A stretch of DNA of 64,000 nucleotides from Owenia fusiformis (Eukaryota): the NCBI GenBank assembly GCA_903813345.2, contig CAIIXF020000001.1:36518001-36582000 (forward strand), given 5' to 3'. Under the pieces are notes generated by a model. That model did not search any database and had not been told where the DNA came from. It was given only the letters and a program-made list of their open reading frames with translations. The position numbers and the translations under genes were made by a program. Below are positions 1 through 28,255 of the stretch, one piece after another. Positions within the stretch are counted from its first letter, which is position 1. Each line of letters starts with the position of its first letter.

Positions 1-26
1 AATGAAAGCCGTGTTATTGGGTTTAA

Positions 27-14122
<14,096 letters not shown>

Positions 14123-15854
14123 TTTTATTATTTACATTAAATTATTACACATCAAAATGGATTTCTTTCCTGGTCTAGTTACTATTATGTATGGCCAAAA
14201 TTTCAAACGCAGATTCCCCAAGATTTGATTTGAACCGGAGGGTTTGAATTTACCATTGAAAAAGTGAAATCTAACCAGTGCTATTTACAAAAAACTTATA
14301 ATTTTTCATAAATGGGGGAATATTTATATTAACACCACTTTACACTTACTGATAATTTGAATTATTGACTTTTCAGTTACTAGTAACAGCAATCAACTGG
14401 CAGCAAGAAGATAAGAACAATGATTGGCGGACAAAGCTTCAGAAAACATCTTTTTAGGACACCAAAAGAATTCACTGCATTGTGGCATATGGACCACTTT
14501 AGCTTTCTATTTAGGACTCACAAAAATGCACTGCTTAACTACTGAGATATATCTTGGACACGTACCCCCTGCACACCTTCATCACTCCACAAGGAAGGTG
14601 AAGTAGATAGTGTGAGGGGTCCAGAAACTGATAAAAATATGACATTGAAATCTAGAATCCATGTTACCTTCAACTTTGTTCATAAATTACTAGAATATAG
14701 TATACAAGAACATATTTTCATAGACATTTTTGGTACAGGTATTTTTATATGAATGGTGATTGTATTTATTTTTATATAAATGGTTAAACTTTGTGCTCCG
14801 ATGAAATCACTGCATACTTAAAGTTTATACTGCTGAATAATCTTAGCATAGCTCGATTGGCAGTTTTTGCTGATACATACAAAGTGTCCATCCAAACTGC
14901 TCCTCTGCATTACCATCCAAATAACTCAAAATTTTAGCATTTACAAAATGTTGCAATCGACTTTTCTTCATGTCCACTTAGGAGTGCCTTTTATGGACAA
15001 CATGATAAGAGGTGATGGAATATAGTTCCAGTTTAGTAATATATAGAGGTTATTTATAAGGAGGGATTGAATATGGGCTTCATATCAAGGTGCAATATTA
15101 ATATATTTCTCACTGTGACCATATGAAAATTAAATCACTTCATCCAGGTACTAAAGATATATAAACATAATACATATTAAATATGGATTCATATAGGAAA
15201 AGATTAAGAAAGAAGTGATTCAAAATCTAGTTGGAAATCTCATGCAAAAGCAGGAGAAATTGGATAGTGTAAGAACAGATACAATTGTCTGAAGCATGGT
15301 AAAACATTTTCTAGACACTTCATAATAACATGTCAGTTTGGATCATTATTGCTATACAAGGAAAATGAATACGTATATACAAAAGGCTGCTGCTTTGAAA
15401 GTCAATCCAATTGTGTTAAACAAAACATTCTCTGTCTTCGATCAAATAAATGTTGTTAATCAACAAATAAAAATAATACTTTTCTGATGTTTATTTGACA
15501 ATATTTTTACAAAAACATTAGAAATTACACATACAACATTTGAAAAGTAGTTTGTTCAATTTCAACTGCATGATAATATCAAATGAGAAAACATCATCTT
15601 TTTGAATGATTTTGTATATGTACGAGGAGTGATCAAGAAGTTCACATATCTCATATAAACATTTTCTGAAAGTTTAATTACAATATATTGAAAATAAAAA
15701 ATTGGAGATATAATGGCTTTCTGATCACCCCTCGTATAATGGTAAGTCATAAAATTAAATTACAGTATTTTGATATTGGATGTTTTGTATAAAAGTAGGC
15801 AATGTTTAATTACATAGACTGGGACTGATTTGTTTCTGGAGGAACATAAACACG

Positions 15855-16843
15855 CCTGGTGATCGGAAGAATTGAACGGAGGGGGAGTACATGATTTTCT
15901 TTAGAAAATTCAACATATCTCTGGGATTTATTTTTTAACAGAAAGTTTACAATTGAATGGCTAAATGAATAGGCGCGGTGCACGAGGAAATATGTTAGGT
16001 CTTCTAGGATTTTGTTTGAACTGATGAACTTCCAAGATAGAGATCTATTAAAAAAGGTGCACCGTCGCCAACGTGCAAATGCCAATGTTTTTGCTTTAAA
16101 TCAAGCAACAGAGGTCTAGACGACCTGTAATAAATACTTGTAAGTGAAGTTATCATCACAAAACTATTGTCATCATTTGTTTTGTAAAACATGTTACCAT
16201 ACGTTATATAAAAAATAATCAAAAATTATTAAAATTGAATGGAAGGGGGGTGAACGGAGGGGGGAGTAATGTATCTATAAGACATATGATAAGAGACGTA
16301 ACTTGACGTTATTTCTAATAACTCCATATGTCCCTATTTTTCACTTTTCAGAGTTGTAACATCAAGTTGTTTCCGGGTTCATTACACGAATTCACGGAAA
16401 TTTCTTCCACCTTAAAGACATATTACTCCCCCCCCTCCATTCACTCCCCCTCCGTTCAATTTTAATTGTTTTTGATTATATTTTATCTCATGTTTGAAAA
16501 CTTATTTAAGAAACAGGCAATGACATTCATTTTGTGATAAAAATGTCGCTTATATATACTTATTACGGGTAGACAATTGTTGCTTGATTCATAGCAAAAA
16601 CATTGATATTTTCACATTGGTGACGCTGCTCCTTTTTTGATAGATCTTTTATCTAAGAAGTCAATCAGTTAAAAAAAATCCTAGAAGAACTAACACATTT
16701 CCCTGTGCACTGTGCCTATTCAATAGCCATAGCCATTCAATTGTAAACCTTCTCTTGAAAAAATAAATGTTCCAGATTTGTTAAATTTTCTAGCGAAAAT
16801 CAGCTACTCCCCCTCCGTTCATTTCTTCCGAACATTGGACATG
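15855..16843. repeat. Foldback/palindromic element: ~420-bp diverged inverted arms around a ~130-bp spacer
   Basis: Left arm contains CGGAAGAATTGAACGGAGGGGGAGTA...; right arm ends ...TACTCCCCCTCCGTTCATTTCTTCCG. Complementarity can be followed across the whole arm (15860-16282 vs 16411-16843). Confidence 0.8.
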
Positions 16844-18854
16844 ATATATACAGTATACACTGTGTCACACATTACCTTTATATTGAACTAAATTTTCATT
16901 ACATCATCCATATCTGCAATGTTTCTTTGTTGCCGTACATTAAACTATTAAAGCACTGAAGTTACATGAAACAACATGACTTTGTATGTATTTTTACCAT
17001 TCTAAAGACTTATCTAAAGTGTTTGAAAAACAGGTTTTTCTTTACTTAAGTTAATGCGAAGAAAATATTTAACCAAAATTCATAAAGTTCCTGATTTTGT
17101 ATATTCTGTAAGTTAAATCCAAATATTGTTTAATGTCCCAATGTCAGCCATCCTTTGAAAGATCCCCATGTCCAACTAAAGGAATTGTGCGCACACTAAA
17201 CCAATTAAGTACTGTGCATATATCACCTATTATGGTATTATGCATGGAGACTATAATACTGCTTTAAATTACATGATATTCTAAAAATAAAAAATCTACT
17301 GATGGCTTTATCTTCAAATAGGTCCCTCCACAAATTTAGTCCATCCAATTATTAGGGCCAAGGCTGAACTCCTCTACATCCTCTTAATACCGTACAACTT
17401 AGCTATGCGCATAACTTCACATCAAAATGTTGTTTCACAAAGTAAGTTTCTCTCTAAGATAAACATATGAGTGTCAAATTATCTTGCATTTACAGTTTGA
17501 TAAATATGACAATTTTTTATGGATACATGCTGTGAACAAACATGTTTCTCTGAAAAATGCAATAAGTTCTGAAGAATAACAACACATTCCTCTGAGCAAA
17601 CATATGTTCTGAAAAATTACAATATCTTCTGAAAAAGTGCGACATGTTCTTCACTTCCTATTGTCACGATACTTTCAACGCGAAATGATGATTGATGTTT
17701 ATATATACAATGAAGATGATATGAGAATGATAAACTATACAAGTATAATGCACATTCACTTTTGCACTCTAGAACAAGATACAACATAAGTGCTGGTCAT
17801 AAGCCAGTTTAATATTGCAAATAAACAGTGTAAAGATGGCAAGTAGCATTTAATCTATTCTTTTCTCGATGCCTATAATAATTAGGTAATGTCCGTAGGT
17901 TAAGCATACTAAGCCTGTTACATTCAAAAAGCCCGCTTTATGAAATTCTATTGTCAACACTAAACATATCTAATATGTTAAGATTTTTAGATACTGAATG
18001 TTCTGGATTGAAATTGTGATGTTTCTGTCCAGACACATATTCTTGCTTCAGTGTTCTGACCCCCCGCCCTTTCTCCACCATACTCTCCCCCTGAGGGAAG
18101 AGCAGTATAGGGAGGATATTGACACAAGCCTTTCAATCACGACCGTTAATCTGAATTTCAGACATACCAGATGTTTGTCTCATACTGCACCAAACACCTG
18201 GTAGTTCTAAAATTCAAATTAATGTTTTCTCTTGTATAGTTGAACCCCTGTGTGTAAAAAACTCAAAAGAAGTCCCAAAAATGTATGGCTAATATGGTGC
18301 CATCTATTATTTCTGACAATGCTATTGAGACCGGACATGTATTCAGAACAAAGAGTCTAGATGGTCCATACAGAGTGCTCAACCAAATACTAATAATTAA
18401 TACATGCACCGGAGCACTCTTGGTACATAGAGCAAAGAGATCAAAACATAGGACACTGGATTGCCTTATCTCGGAATCTTCTACGTCAGTACAATCGCTG
18501 TGCCTACTCAGTCAGGCCTCACAACATAACAATAACAACACTTCCCACGTTTCACTAATTATGTAGCAAATACACTTATTCTGCTCTTCAAATCTACATT
18601 ACTGTCTTTCAACAAATGAACTCTGTATTACTAGAGTTGGACTTGTTTTTTCTTTCCTATTTCAGTCAAAATGAAAAAGATCTTAGTCTCCCATGTCCAT
18701 TCATGTTTTAATGACAGGGAACACATATAACATATGTACACATTTCCTTGTAGTTTTACTAGATAAAGCTGTGTGTTACTTTCCTGGAAGCTTTTGTCTT
18801 CTATACTTGCACTTCACATGAAGAGTGTCCATGTTGAGCATTGTTCAAGGGGCT

Positions 18855-21800
18855 TCACGTACATCCACAATGGAATTCTGTGTTTGATTTCTTTACTAAA
18901 GAGTACTTACAGCCTGCACATTGGGTGTGGTACCATTCGTCGCAGTCATCACATTGGACCTGGAAAAACAGTGAACTGTAGTTTATTTTAAAGAATATAC
19001 AGTTATAACAAAGATGATTCTTTTTCTTTCGTTTTAAAAGAATTGACACTTGGCAAGCTTTCCAATACCAGTTTGGCCTGTTACATGCAGTGCATTGAAG
19101 CTGAACTAATTACACCCACTCACTTCTCAAAACATTTACCCCATAGTCAATACAAAAGAAATCAAATTTCCCTTAAATAGGATCATGGGTCATCTACCTT
19201 TCATAAGAATCAGAGAGGGGTTTAAGTTAGATAAACCATTCGTACTGGGCCTCGGCTATTATTTCTCCTAGATTTCATTACTTATACTTTATCCATGACA
19301 TGAAATGAGTAGTTTAAGTATTCATAGAGAACTGGGCAATGTCATCTTGTAAGAGTGATATTATTTGAATTAAAATGAAGAACCATGTGGCATTCTTTAT
19401 TGGCTTTAAGAGCATGTACTAACCCATCCTGACAATGTAATTTAAGAGCATGTACTAACCCATCCTGACAATGTACTTGGGCTCTACCCTCGTGCATTAT
19501 GTGTACAGGTTAGTATATGCACTCAAGCTTATAAATTTCCAATGAACGATGATGAAGGTATATATTTCTTAAATAGGGATTCTCTCCATACCCATTCCAC
19601 TTTTTCATTATTTCCTGGCCGTTCACAGTCGTAAGCTGCACATTTGTTACTGTCGTCATGCCAATACCATGTGTCATCTTGATCTTGATTTGATGACGAA
19701 TCAAGCTTCTGTTTTTTCTTGCCTATGCTAGGTCGTCTTGAACCTGAACAAGTATATAAAAATATCTGTATGTGTAATATCTAACGGGATATGTTTGCTT
19801 TTATAAAAGTGCAGAAGTAATGAAGTTGAATGCCCAGTCTAAAATGTACACTTCCCTCCAAAAGTTTGACAAACACAATTCCCAATGAATCATGTTCATC
19901 AATGTCATTTTAGGAGGGAAAATTATTAGATAAAATAACCATATTAATATAAATCTTTTATCTACACAATAAAGTATTCTTCTAAGCTTTCAACAAATGG
20001 AACTAATGATTTGAAAAATTGTCCATTTTGATTCCTCTATTTTAAACTCATACCTTTTTTCCTTTTTGCAGCACCAGTGATTTTTTGAGTTTCTTTTGCT
20101 TTATTAGCTTTTGTGTTTTTGGGAGTGTCTTTTTTCTTTCCACCCTTTTTATTTGTTTTTGCTGAAATTGTATAAAACATCCAAAATATGAAAAATATTG
20201 TACTTTTAAATTGGGAGATATGCAAAGCAGCACTACAGGCCCGTTCGAAGGATTTCCCAAAGGGAGGGGGGGCGATTTTTGCGTAGTGGCGTATACACCC
20301 ACACAACGTGCCGACTGCGCTGAGTGCCACAAGCTAGCAAAATTCCTAATTTCATAATTTTTACCAAGGGTCAAAATGTGCATATTTTTATGATTTCACT
20401 CATTCCAATGTGGGTGTAAATGGATTCTCAGGTGGGTGCATGCTTAATATCAAAATCTCAAGTAGGTAGGAGATAACTGATCTTAGATATCCCTATTGTC
20501 CATTGAAATAGTTATATCAGGAATTCAAAAATCAGTGTATTCAATTTTTCATGAGTATACAATCCAAAATGAATTACATAAAAGTTTAAAGGAGACAACT
20601 AAAACCCTAAAAAGGTTTTTAAATGTTTTAATTTATTCATCTTCTAATATATTTGATTTCACTCTATTATGACATTTTAAAAGAATATTGTACATATTAA
20701 ATTAAACAGTAATGTAAACATATTATGCATATCCCCTTACATGAAAAATGTTTAGTAAAAAACTTATAAATGTGAAAATTATTTGACAAGTTACCTTTAA
20801 ATATATCTTCTTCACTGTCTGAGTTGTCTTCCTCTTCTCCACTACCAACAACCTCCTGAGCACCTAACTCATCAGCATCTAATGTAAAATTATAAATTAC
20901 AATTTTTATAATCAGAGAGGGAGTCAAGAAATCACAATATTTTCTGCCTATACATGTATTTAGCTTGCTTTAGTTAGCTGTTCTTACCTGGACTTCCCAT
21001 GCTAAGTCTCTCCTGGCCCCTTGAGTTGGCATCCTCAATACCTGAGTCTCCATGGCTGCAATGTGAGAAATATTACACTGTACAGAGATGTTAATTAATA
21101 AAAGGGTGTGCATATAGACTTTATTCAGATGTGAAGGACAAAAGGATCTTAGTCAAAGAAAATATCATTTTGAGTATCAATTTGATATTTTCTGAGAATT
21201 ATATACACCCAAGTTAAATAGGCATTAAATACATGTATCTATAAATGAACTAAGCATGTAATATTGGTATCATTTGTAATTCTACACATACCACCAGTGA
21301 ACCTGTTTGTAATTAAGCATGAAGATACCAATAAACATTCAAAATGTCATCACCTGCCATTTGTTACAGATGCTGAATGCCGAATGCAATTCTAGCAGTG
21401 GACACAATTACCATATAAAGTAAAGTATGTAATACTAAACATCAGCACTCATTTACTTCCTCTCACCTGAATCCACCTGATCATAACGCATTGGTTATAC
21501 AAAAGATTTCACTCAAAATCATCATATAATCACATACTTATCACATTCTTATTGTCATCTATTATCTATAAACTGATTGGCACTAATTTTCTTATTTCTT
21601 ACATACTTGTAAGTATATGTTACTATGTCAACCAAAACGTGAAACTGTGACATGTATATCTAACAAGGTGATATTGCACCAAGCTTAAGGCTCATAGTCA
21701 GTAAGTCTTATATTGGAGAACTTACTTTTAGCATGTATAAGGAAAAGAATATAACTGTCCATAAATGTTCTAATTCAAACCTGTAGGACTAGTAGGATTT

Positions 21801-24800
21801 GGATATGACATAACAGTATGATTTCAACCTTACATAAAAATATCATATATCACTCTATCTTATTATTATATAAATTTCAACCCTTTAAAAGAGATGGTCT
21901 TTGTCCACACTCTTTAAATTTGAGATTAATTATTGAAATAGCATATAATTTATCAAGTCAAAATATGAATACAGAAAATACATTTCATGAACTCCCCTAA
22001 AATGTCCATTAAAGGTTTATTGTGATCTGAACAGTATCAAACTATAAAATAAGGTATAATAGTTAGAGGGTGGTGTAGATAATTGATGGGGATTCAGGGT
22101 AATTTAATACCATTATATATTGCAGGAGACTGTGTAATATATTAATACAAGTATTACTGTCTATGCATCTTGCTATTTGGGAACAACATAAATATATCAA
22201 TCAAATATTTTTGGATGGTACAAACACCGAATTGACTGGGAGGAATAAAGTGTTTATATCTAAAAATATTTTAATATGCAGATTGAGATTTCTTTTCCAA
22301 TGGTATACAGGTTTATATAATTTTTAGTCACATAAAATGAATCATAAAATAGCTGATTTGTTTCTTGAATAACACTGCAACAATGACACATCAAAATGAA
22401 TTTTTTTTATTTAGTAAGTTTATATAATATGGCCCCACACTAAAAATATTAAATAAGTGAAAATAACTTTATCAACAAAAATATAAGTTTGTATTTGTCC
22501 ACAAAGGTCTACCATTTGGCTGTTGAACAAATTAGGTGCAAATTATGATTATAAGAACTGTAAGATTATGTGTCAGTTGTTGCCATAGTAACAGGTATAA
22601 TCAAAAATCTCCTCGGCCTTCACTGTATACTCCTCAAGTCAGTGCATTGGAAAATATAACAATACATCACTGATGACATTAAATGATTATCTAAGATAAT
22701 CTTCTAAAATATTAATCAAAGTTAACTTGAATTCATCAAAATCAAAATACTGACCATTATTACCCTTAAGTTTCAGCAACACATGTTATAAGCACTTATA
22801 TTGCTACAGCAACATGGGGGTAAAGTGGGTGGGGCAGGTGCCAATGTTAAATAATACAGGGTACAAGTCCCAAACCCGCTTAACACAATGAGGATACAAA
22901 TACATATGTATGTACAATGAGATTATTACTCACTAGGTGTTAGTGGTCTGTAGGGCTACATAGTTAGTGCTGGTGTCATTAGTGGTGCTATCAGGGGGTA
23001 TATAATCTGTGTCTGTACAGTCTGTGACGTCTGTGCCAACTGTATCCAGTGTGTGATATACTATCTCAGGCTCCAGGCTCTGATTGTCTTCAGTTACTTC
23101 TTCAAACTGCAAATAAAAGTAATAATAAAACTCTATTTTGCACAACATTGTTTTTTATTTTCATACAAAAATTAATACCAATCTAAGTCCAATTACAGTT
23201 GTATAACATGGGTCTATAACAACGATATACAGTGGAGAGTGGTATATCGTCATCGTATACAACTCCTCCGTATACACTCCAGCGTATACCACTGTAGAAG
23301 TGCATTCTGGGAACTAATGAATAAAAAAACATGAAAATTTTCACGATTTCCTAGAATCAAGTGATGTCATAAATGGTTCCGGCATGATTTGCTAGAATCA
23401 AGCCACGTCATAAATGGTTCGAGATCAACATCAGCATTATTGAGTTGGCTATGGGATATTTTTATGGTTTTTAATTGTTATGATTGTGTTCAAATCAACT
23501 GTAATTGAACTTAGAGTGGCATAATAAGATTATATAATGGTTCATTCTGTATATCGTGCATTTTATACTCTCGTGAGAATATAATATATTCATTCGTTCG
23601 CTACGCTCACTTGTGAATATATCATATACTCACTCGAGTATAAACACGATATACAGAAAGAACCATTATATAACCTCATAATATATAAGCTAAAGTTTGA
23701 CAGGGTAAAGCTAAAGTTTGACATAACTGTTTTATTATTGTAGAAATATTAGGGGATGTGGTTTGTCTTTTCTTATATTCGATTTTCAAGATATGATATA
23801 TGATAAATGTGGTATAAGAAAGATATATCTTGTAATTTAAAAATAATATAAAGATTTAAAACATTTAGACATGCTAAACATTCTCTTTATTTACCCTAGC
23901 AGACTGGTAATAGTATATTATCTATTACTCTAAACATCTGATTTTGTTTATTGTCTTCCTTTGCTCGGAACATCCAAAATCTCAGCCAAAAAGGCTCTAT
24001 TTAAAGATCCCAGACTAGAAAGACTAGTTTCACTAACTATATGTGAGTATTCACACTTGACTTAAATACTGAATCATAGATAATCAGGTACTAAAACATC
24101 CAACCATTCCCACCTTAAATGAAGCATTCTTTAATCCTGCATGACTTACCACAAACTTGAACTCTGAGTCATTCTGGGGAGCATATTGTCCTGGAGATAT
24201 CTTGACACCCTGAATGTGGCCAAATGTGACAGAATCCCCTGAATTCAAGACACACTGCCCATTTACCTGAAATTACCCAATAATACATGTTCATAAATAA
24301 TTACATCCAAAAACAATATGGAGCTGAAGAATATTCATGTGAGCATGCGAAATGTCTCATATCCCTATGTTGCTAGTTATATAAGTGCATCAATCTCATC
24401 AAAAAGCTTCATGACACCAATAAACTAAAAATTTCTTCACAAAAATGCCCAAACTTTATAGGTGGTAATATTAAAAATCACAGTTGGGTACAGTACTGAA
24501 ACAGCTATGGTTTATCATAATAAATGTTAGTTACATGAAGGGTGCCAGACCATGAATCAGAAACAAGTTGAAGGAAATTTGGACTTAAAAGCAACTGAAC
24601 ATGCTTCTTTAAAAAACATTAGCGTTCTCTTTCATTCAGGGTGACCCAAAAATGTTACCCTCAAGTTTTGGAATAACTTTCTCAATTAAGAAGGAATCTT
24701 TGTTATTTTTTTCTGAAGATAGATTGTTCAATGCATAAAACATTTGTGAACTTGCGTAGAATCAACAACTTAAAGATTCAGAGATATTATGTTTTCTGTG

Positions 24801-27357
24801 GAGGCATACTCTGACTCCAAACCACTAACCACTCCAAAATGTAAGCTGGGAAATTTGCTTATTCTTAAAATTGACCTCATATGCAAGACATTTCATCATA
24901 TTTGACAAAAATAGCTTAGAAAAAATGGGTAGGTATGATATATCATTGATAAAATATGTGAAAGCAATCCAGAGATGACTCAAATAATGGCTAAGACAGA
25001 TATTCTAATCTCGGAAAATTGTAATTTTGAACATTTTTGGATCATATCATGTGAAAGCATACTTGGAAGGAAATGTGATTTCTTGAAATCTCAAAATCAT
25101 AGATGCAATATAGAAGTACACAACTGCTTTCTAAATTAAACACTGTATCTACACAAAAAAATCAAAAAGATTCTGTCATATTTTTGAAAGTTATCCTAAA
25201 ATTAGAGGATAATGTTTTTTTTGGTCACCCTGTGTAAAAACAAACATATATTCAAACATTGAGAGATCAAAAAAGCTTACCCTGACATCATTCACATATG
25301 TTCCATTGAGACTCATGTCTTTTAGAACAAATTGTAAAGCACCATTTTGAGTTTCGAGACATGTGATTTCTGCCTGCCGTCGTGATATGAGTCTCTCATA
25401 CTGTGTGGAGTCTATGTAGTGACTCTGTGAGGTGTCCCGCCCAAATGTGGTTCGTGCATTGTTATGGTTCTTTAGCCTGAAAAACAAAGGGAGATTTTAT
25501 TTTACGAAAGGAATGATTTTTGCTTTATGAGCCCTTGTCTTCATTGTGACTTGAGTTAGGCTTCCAGACATGGATATATTCAACAAAAATGCAAGTTACT
25601 TCAAAATAATGAGAATAAAGGGCAATCATAAAAATTTACAAAAATCAAAATGTTACAGGGTGAGCCAAAAAAAGGTAATCCAAACAAGTCTTAATAACTC
25701 AGCCATCCGGTATGGATTTGAAGTCATATTTGGTACAATTGAACCTTGTTCAATGTTCTTTCATTCTACTAAGTTTCATTGGTTAAGGTATGAGTACCGT
25801 AATCCAACACCAAATTCGAAAATTCATATCAATACTTTGCACATATGGCATTCGTGATCAACTTTAAAACGCTTACCCCCATAGTGTTATATATCAAAAT
25901 GTACCTGTTCATATAGGGGTTCGATTGATCTACATCAAATTACAGGGAGTCAGGTTGCTTTTTGAGATATCAGCGTCCATTTATTGTAACTCACGTTTGC
26001 TACCATTTCCTCAATTCTGAGATGATGGGCAAACGCGTAGTAAACATGATCATGTCGGAACTATTTTTGACCTACATCGCTATTTTCGTAATTCAAATGA
26101 AAGTTGAATTCCTCCTTCTTATTTTGATACCAAATAGTGGCATACTAGGTACCCTAGAAGCCAACTATGGTGTTATTTAGAACAATACTACAGGTTTTTA
26201 AATGGACTATATAGGGGTCATACCTTTTGGCGGATGGATATGGAACCTCATACCTCAAGACTTTTTGGCTATTTTACAAATCATTTTCAATATTCGGAAG
26301 GAACTTTTCATTTTTCAATGTTCTAACAATTCATATTTATTGTTATTTATGTATATATGATATTTCAATTTCATAAATTGAAACAAGTAACATAGAAACA
26401 AGTGAGACAAAGACTGGATGTTATGAAGACGAGGCTCAATTTGACCAGAAATTGATGAAATTATAAAAAACAAATTAGGACGAGCAATTCTGTAAGGAAA
26501 TAGGTTTGTTTTGAGCATTTGACAAATCTCTTGAGAGTAAATAGTTTTTCGAGGGCCAAATATCATGCAGGGTTCTCACTAGGCTTTTAGACTCCTGAGA
26601 TTCTCTGGAGTCTAATGTCTTAAAACCCTCTTGCTCCAGAGTCTAATAGCTTTTCTGGAGTCTAAAGTGTTTTTCCGGAGTCTAATTTTACATTTTAGTC
26701 ACATTATTTGCGGTAAAACTCTTGAGAAAATACATAAGACTGGATACAAACAAGAAATAGGAAGTCAAAAAGCTTTTAGAAATAAATATTGGGATTAAAA
26801 TAGCAAGATAATCTGAAGAAGTATGTTGAAAAGTATACTAATGGGATATCTCTGATCTTATATATGGGGGAGAAGTAGTCTTGATACCGCGAAAAAAGTA
26901 ATCACAATACTGCTAAAAATCCAGGGTTTAAAAATTTCCTGGTGAGAACCCTGTCATGATCTCAAATTTTGTGATTTGAAATTTGTGAGCGTTTAGTTAA
27001 TCCTGGAAGGTAAGAGACAGTCGCATCCATAAGCTTAATCTTATTAGATTTTATAGAGTCTAGATGAAAAAGCATTGAAAGCAACATTGTCAATTTTGTA
27101 GTGACAGGTGACAACAACAGTTGTATCCAATAACTAAAACTGGAATTAAGAAAGAATATATATACAAATGACAAATTCTAAATAATATACAGTAAAATGA
27201 AACAAATTGTGTCATACATTTGCTTTGTTATTGTTGTAAATCTGACTCCTTTCCAGTGCATGGCCAATCAGAAATGATGGAATTCTTACCTCAAACAATT
27301 CCCTACTTCAGGATGACTTGGAGGTACACCGATACGCCTAAGATGGAACTCAGTCAT
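18855..27357 (-). CDS. TCF19: Transcription factor 19-like protein (N-terminal FHA, acidic/basic linker, C-terminal PHD finger); intact copy A
   Basis: Nine frame-compatible exons (-): 27290-27357 (MTEFHLRRIG), 25281-25476 (FGR..LISRRQAEI..LKDMSLNGTYVN, FHA), 24150-24266 (LNSGDSVTFG), 22934-23106, 20988-21055, 20795-20878, 20054-20161, 19592-19743 (CAAYDCERP..VEW), 18855-18959 (VQCDDCDEWYHTQCAGC...FHCGCT*). The N-terminus, FHA and terminal PHD match the vertebrate TCF19 layout as I recall it. Confidence 0.85.
23528..23677. repeat. Long hairpin at the end of a ~0.5-kb segment found only in copy A (probable non-autonomous element)
   Basis: ~65-bp arms TATATAATGGTTCATTCTGTATATCGTG... / ...CACGATATACAGAAAGAACCATTATATA around the loop TTCGTTCGCTACGCTCACTTG. 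Absent from copy B at ~45260-45300. Confidence 0.65.
25787..26254. mobile_element. TTAA-flanked MITE (Kolobok-like termini), copy A only
   Basis: ttaa|GGTATGAG ... CTCATACC|tcaa. Absent from copy B at ~47805. Confidence 0.6.
26568..26953. mobile_element. MITE with CAGGG termini and 5-bp TSD (TCATG); also in copy B at 48119-48506
   Basis: tcatg|CAGGGTTCTCACTAGG ... CCTGGTGAGAACCCTG|tcatg, with internal GGAGTCTAA repeats. Confidence 0.75.
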
Positions 27358-27685
27358 TATAGAACGATGATTTTGTACTTTTATCCTATGCAAAGGATTT
27401 AAACATGTCTAAATCGACTGAAATCTTAACAATTTTTGTGCAAATTTCTGAAAGATTAAACCGGAAATGGATGGGTTGTAACTGAAATATTGATTTTCAC
27501 ATGTAACGGCTCTGTTAAAATTTTGGATATTATTCCCTATAAAAATATATAAGAATGATAAAATGACAATAGAATTATGAAAGACATATTTGGTTAATAA
27601 ATAAAATAAATATATATTTGTACGATATGGCTAATTTACTTATTCTTGTTTCGTTCATTTCAAGTTTAGCTTTTAGTGTATACTG
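27358..27685. promoter_or_regulatory. Putative bidirectional promoter between TCF19 (-) and TMEM222 (+), copy A
   Basis: Divergent ATGs 328 bp apart. ETS/GABP-type CCGGAAAT at 27461-27468; CCAAT box at ~27264 in TCF19 intron 1. Confidence 0.65.
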
Positions 27686-28062
27686 ATGGACAACAAACTG
27701 GGAGAAGGAAGTAGGGAAATGCCTCAAGATATACCTCTATACAGGGCTCATCGGATTGACCATGAGAAATCCCGATACCCACATTGTATAGTATGGTGCC
27801 CCATCCCTCTCTTGACTTAAGCTTTTGCATTTTACTTCTGTTTGTATGTCAAAATAACCTTTTCAAAATCAAGATTTTTGAGAATTTTTGTTACCCAGCC
27901 AATGAATATAATCCTACACCTGTATTCCTAGATTGCAACTTGTAGATTTAGATTTTCTGGAATTATAAGATGGTTACGGTTTATAGGCATATTTTGCCTG
28001 TTTAACCGATCAATTTAGTAATTAACGATGTATAAAATAATAGTCCACTGTATGATCATATT

Positions 28063-28255
28063 TCATTGATTGTACCAGTGGGAGTCCAATCTGTTTTTGA
28101 ACTGATTCACACTTTGGGCATTTACTACCCATTCTGGTATACAATTCCATTGTTTTACCACTCTCTGGCTAAATGTGTGCTGTCTTGTGGATGTTTTACA
28201 ATGTGACTTGAATGGATACTGGGTGTTACATCTACATGTACGTGTTCGTTGTGGT
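28063..28255 (-). mobile_element. 3' end fragment of a LINE (CR1/L2-type) ORF2
   Basis: RQHTFSQRVVKQWNCIPEWVVNAQSVNQFKNRLDSHW is a typical CR1/L2 ORF2 C-terminus. Confidence 0.8.

Noticed and set aside
19403..19475. Short local direct repeats (also ~30145-30243, ~61889-61958, ~17535-17650, ~28630-28845)
   Set aside because: Ordinary slippage or degenerate minisatellite duplications with no further structure.
27220..27402. 60-aa + strand ORF conserved at 48773-48955
   Set aside because: Antisense to TCF19 exon 1; the conservation is explained by the recent duplication.
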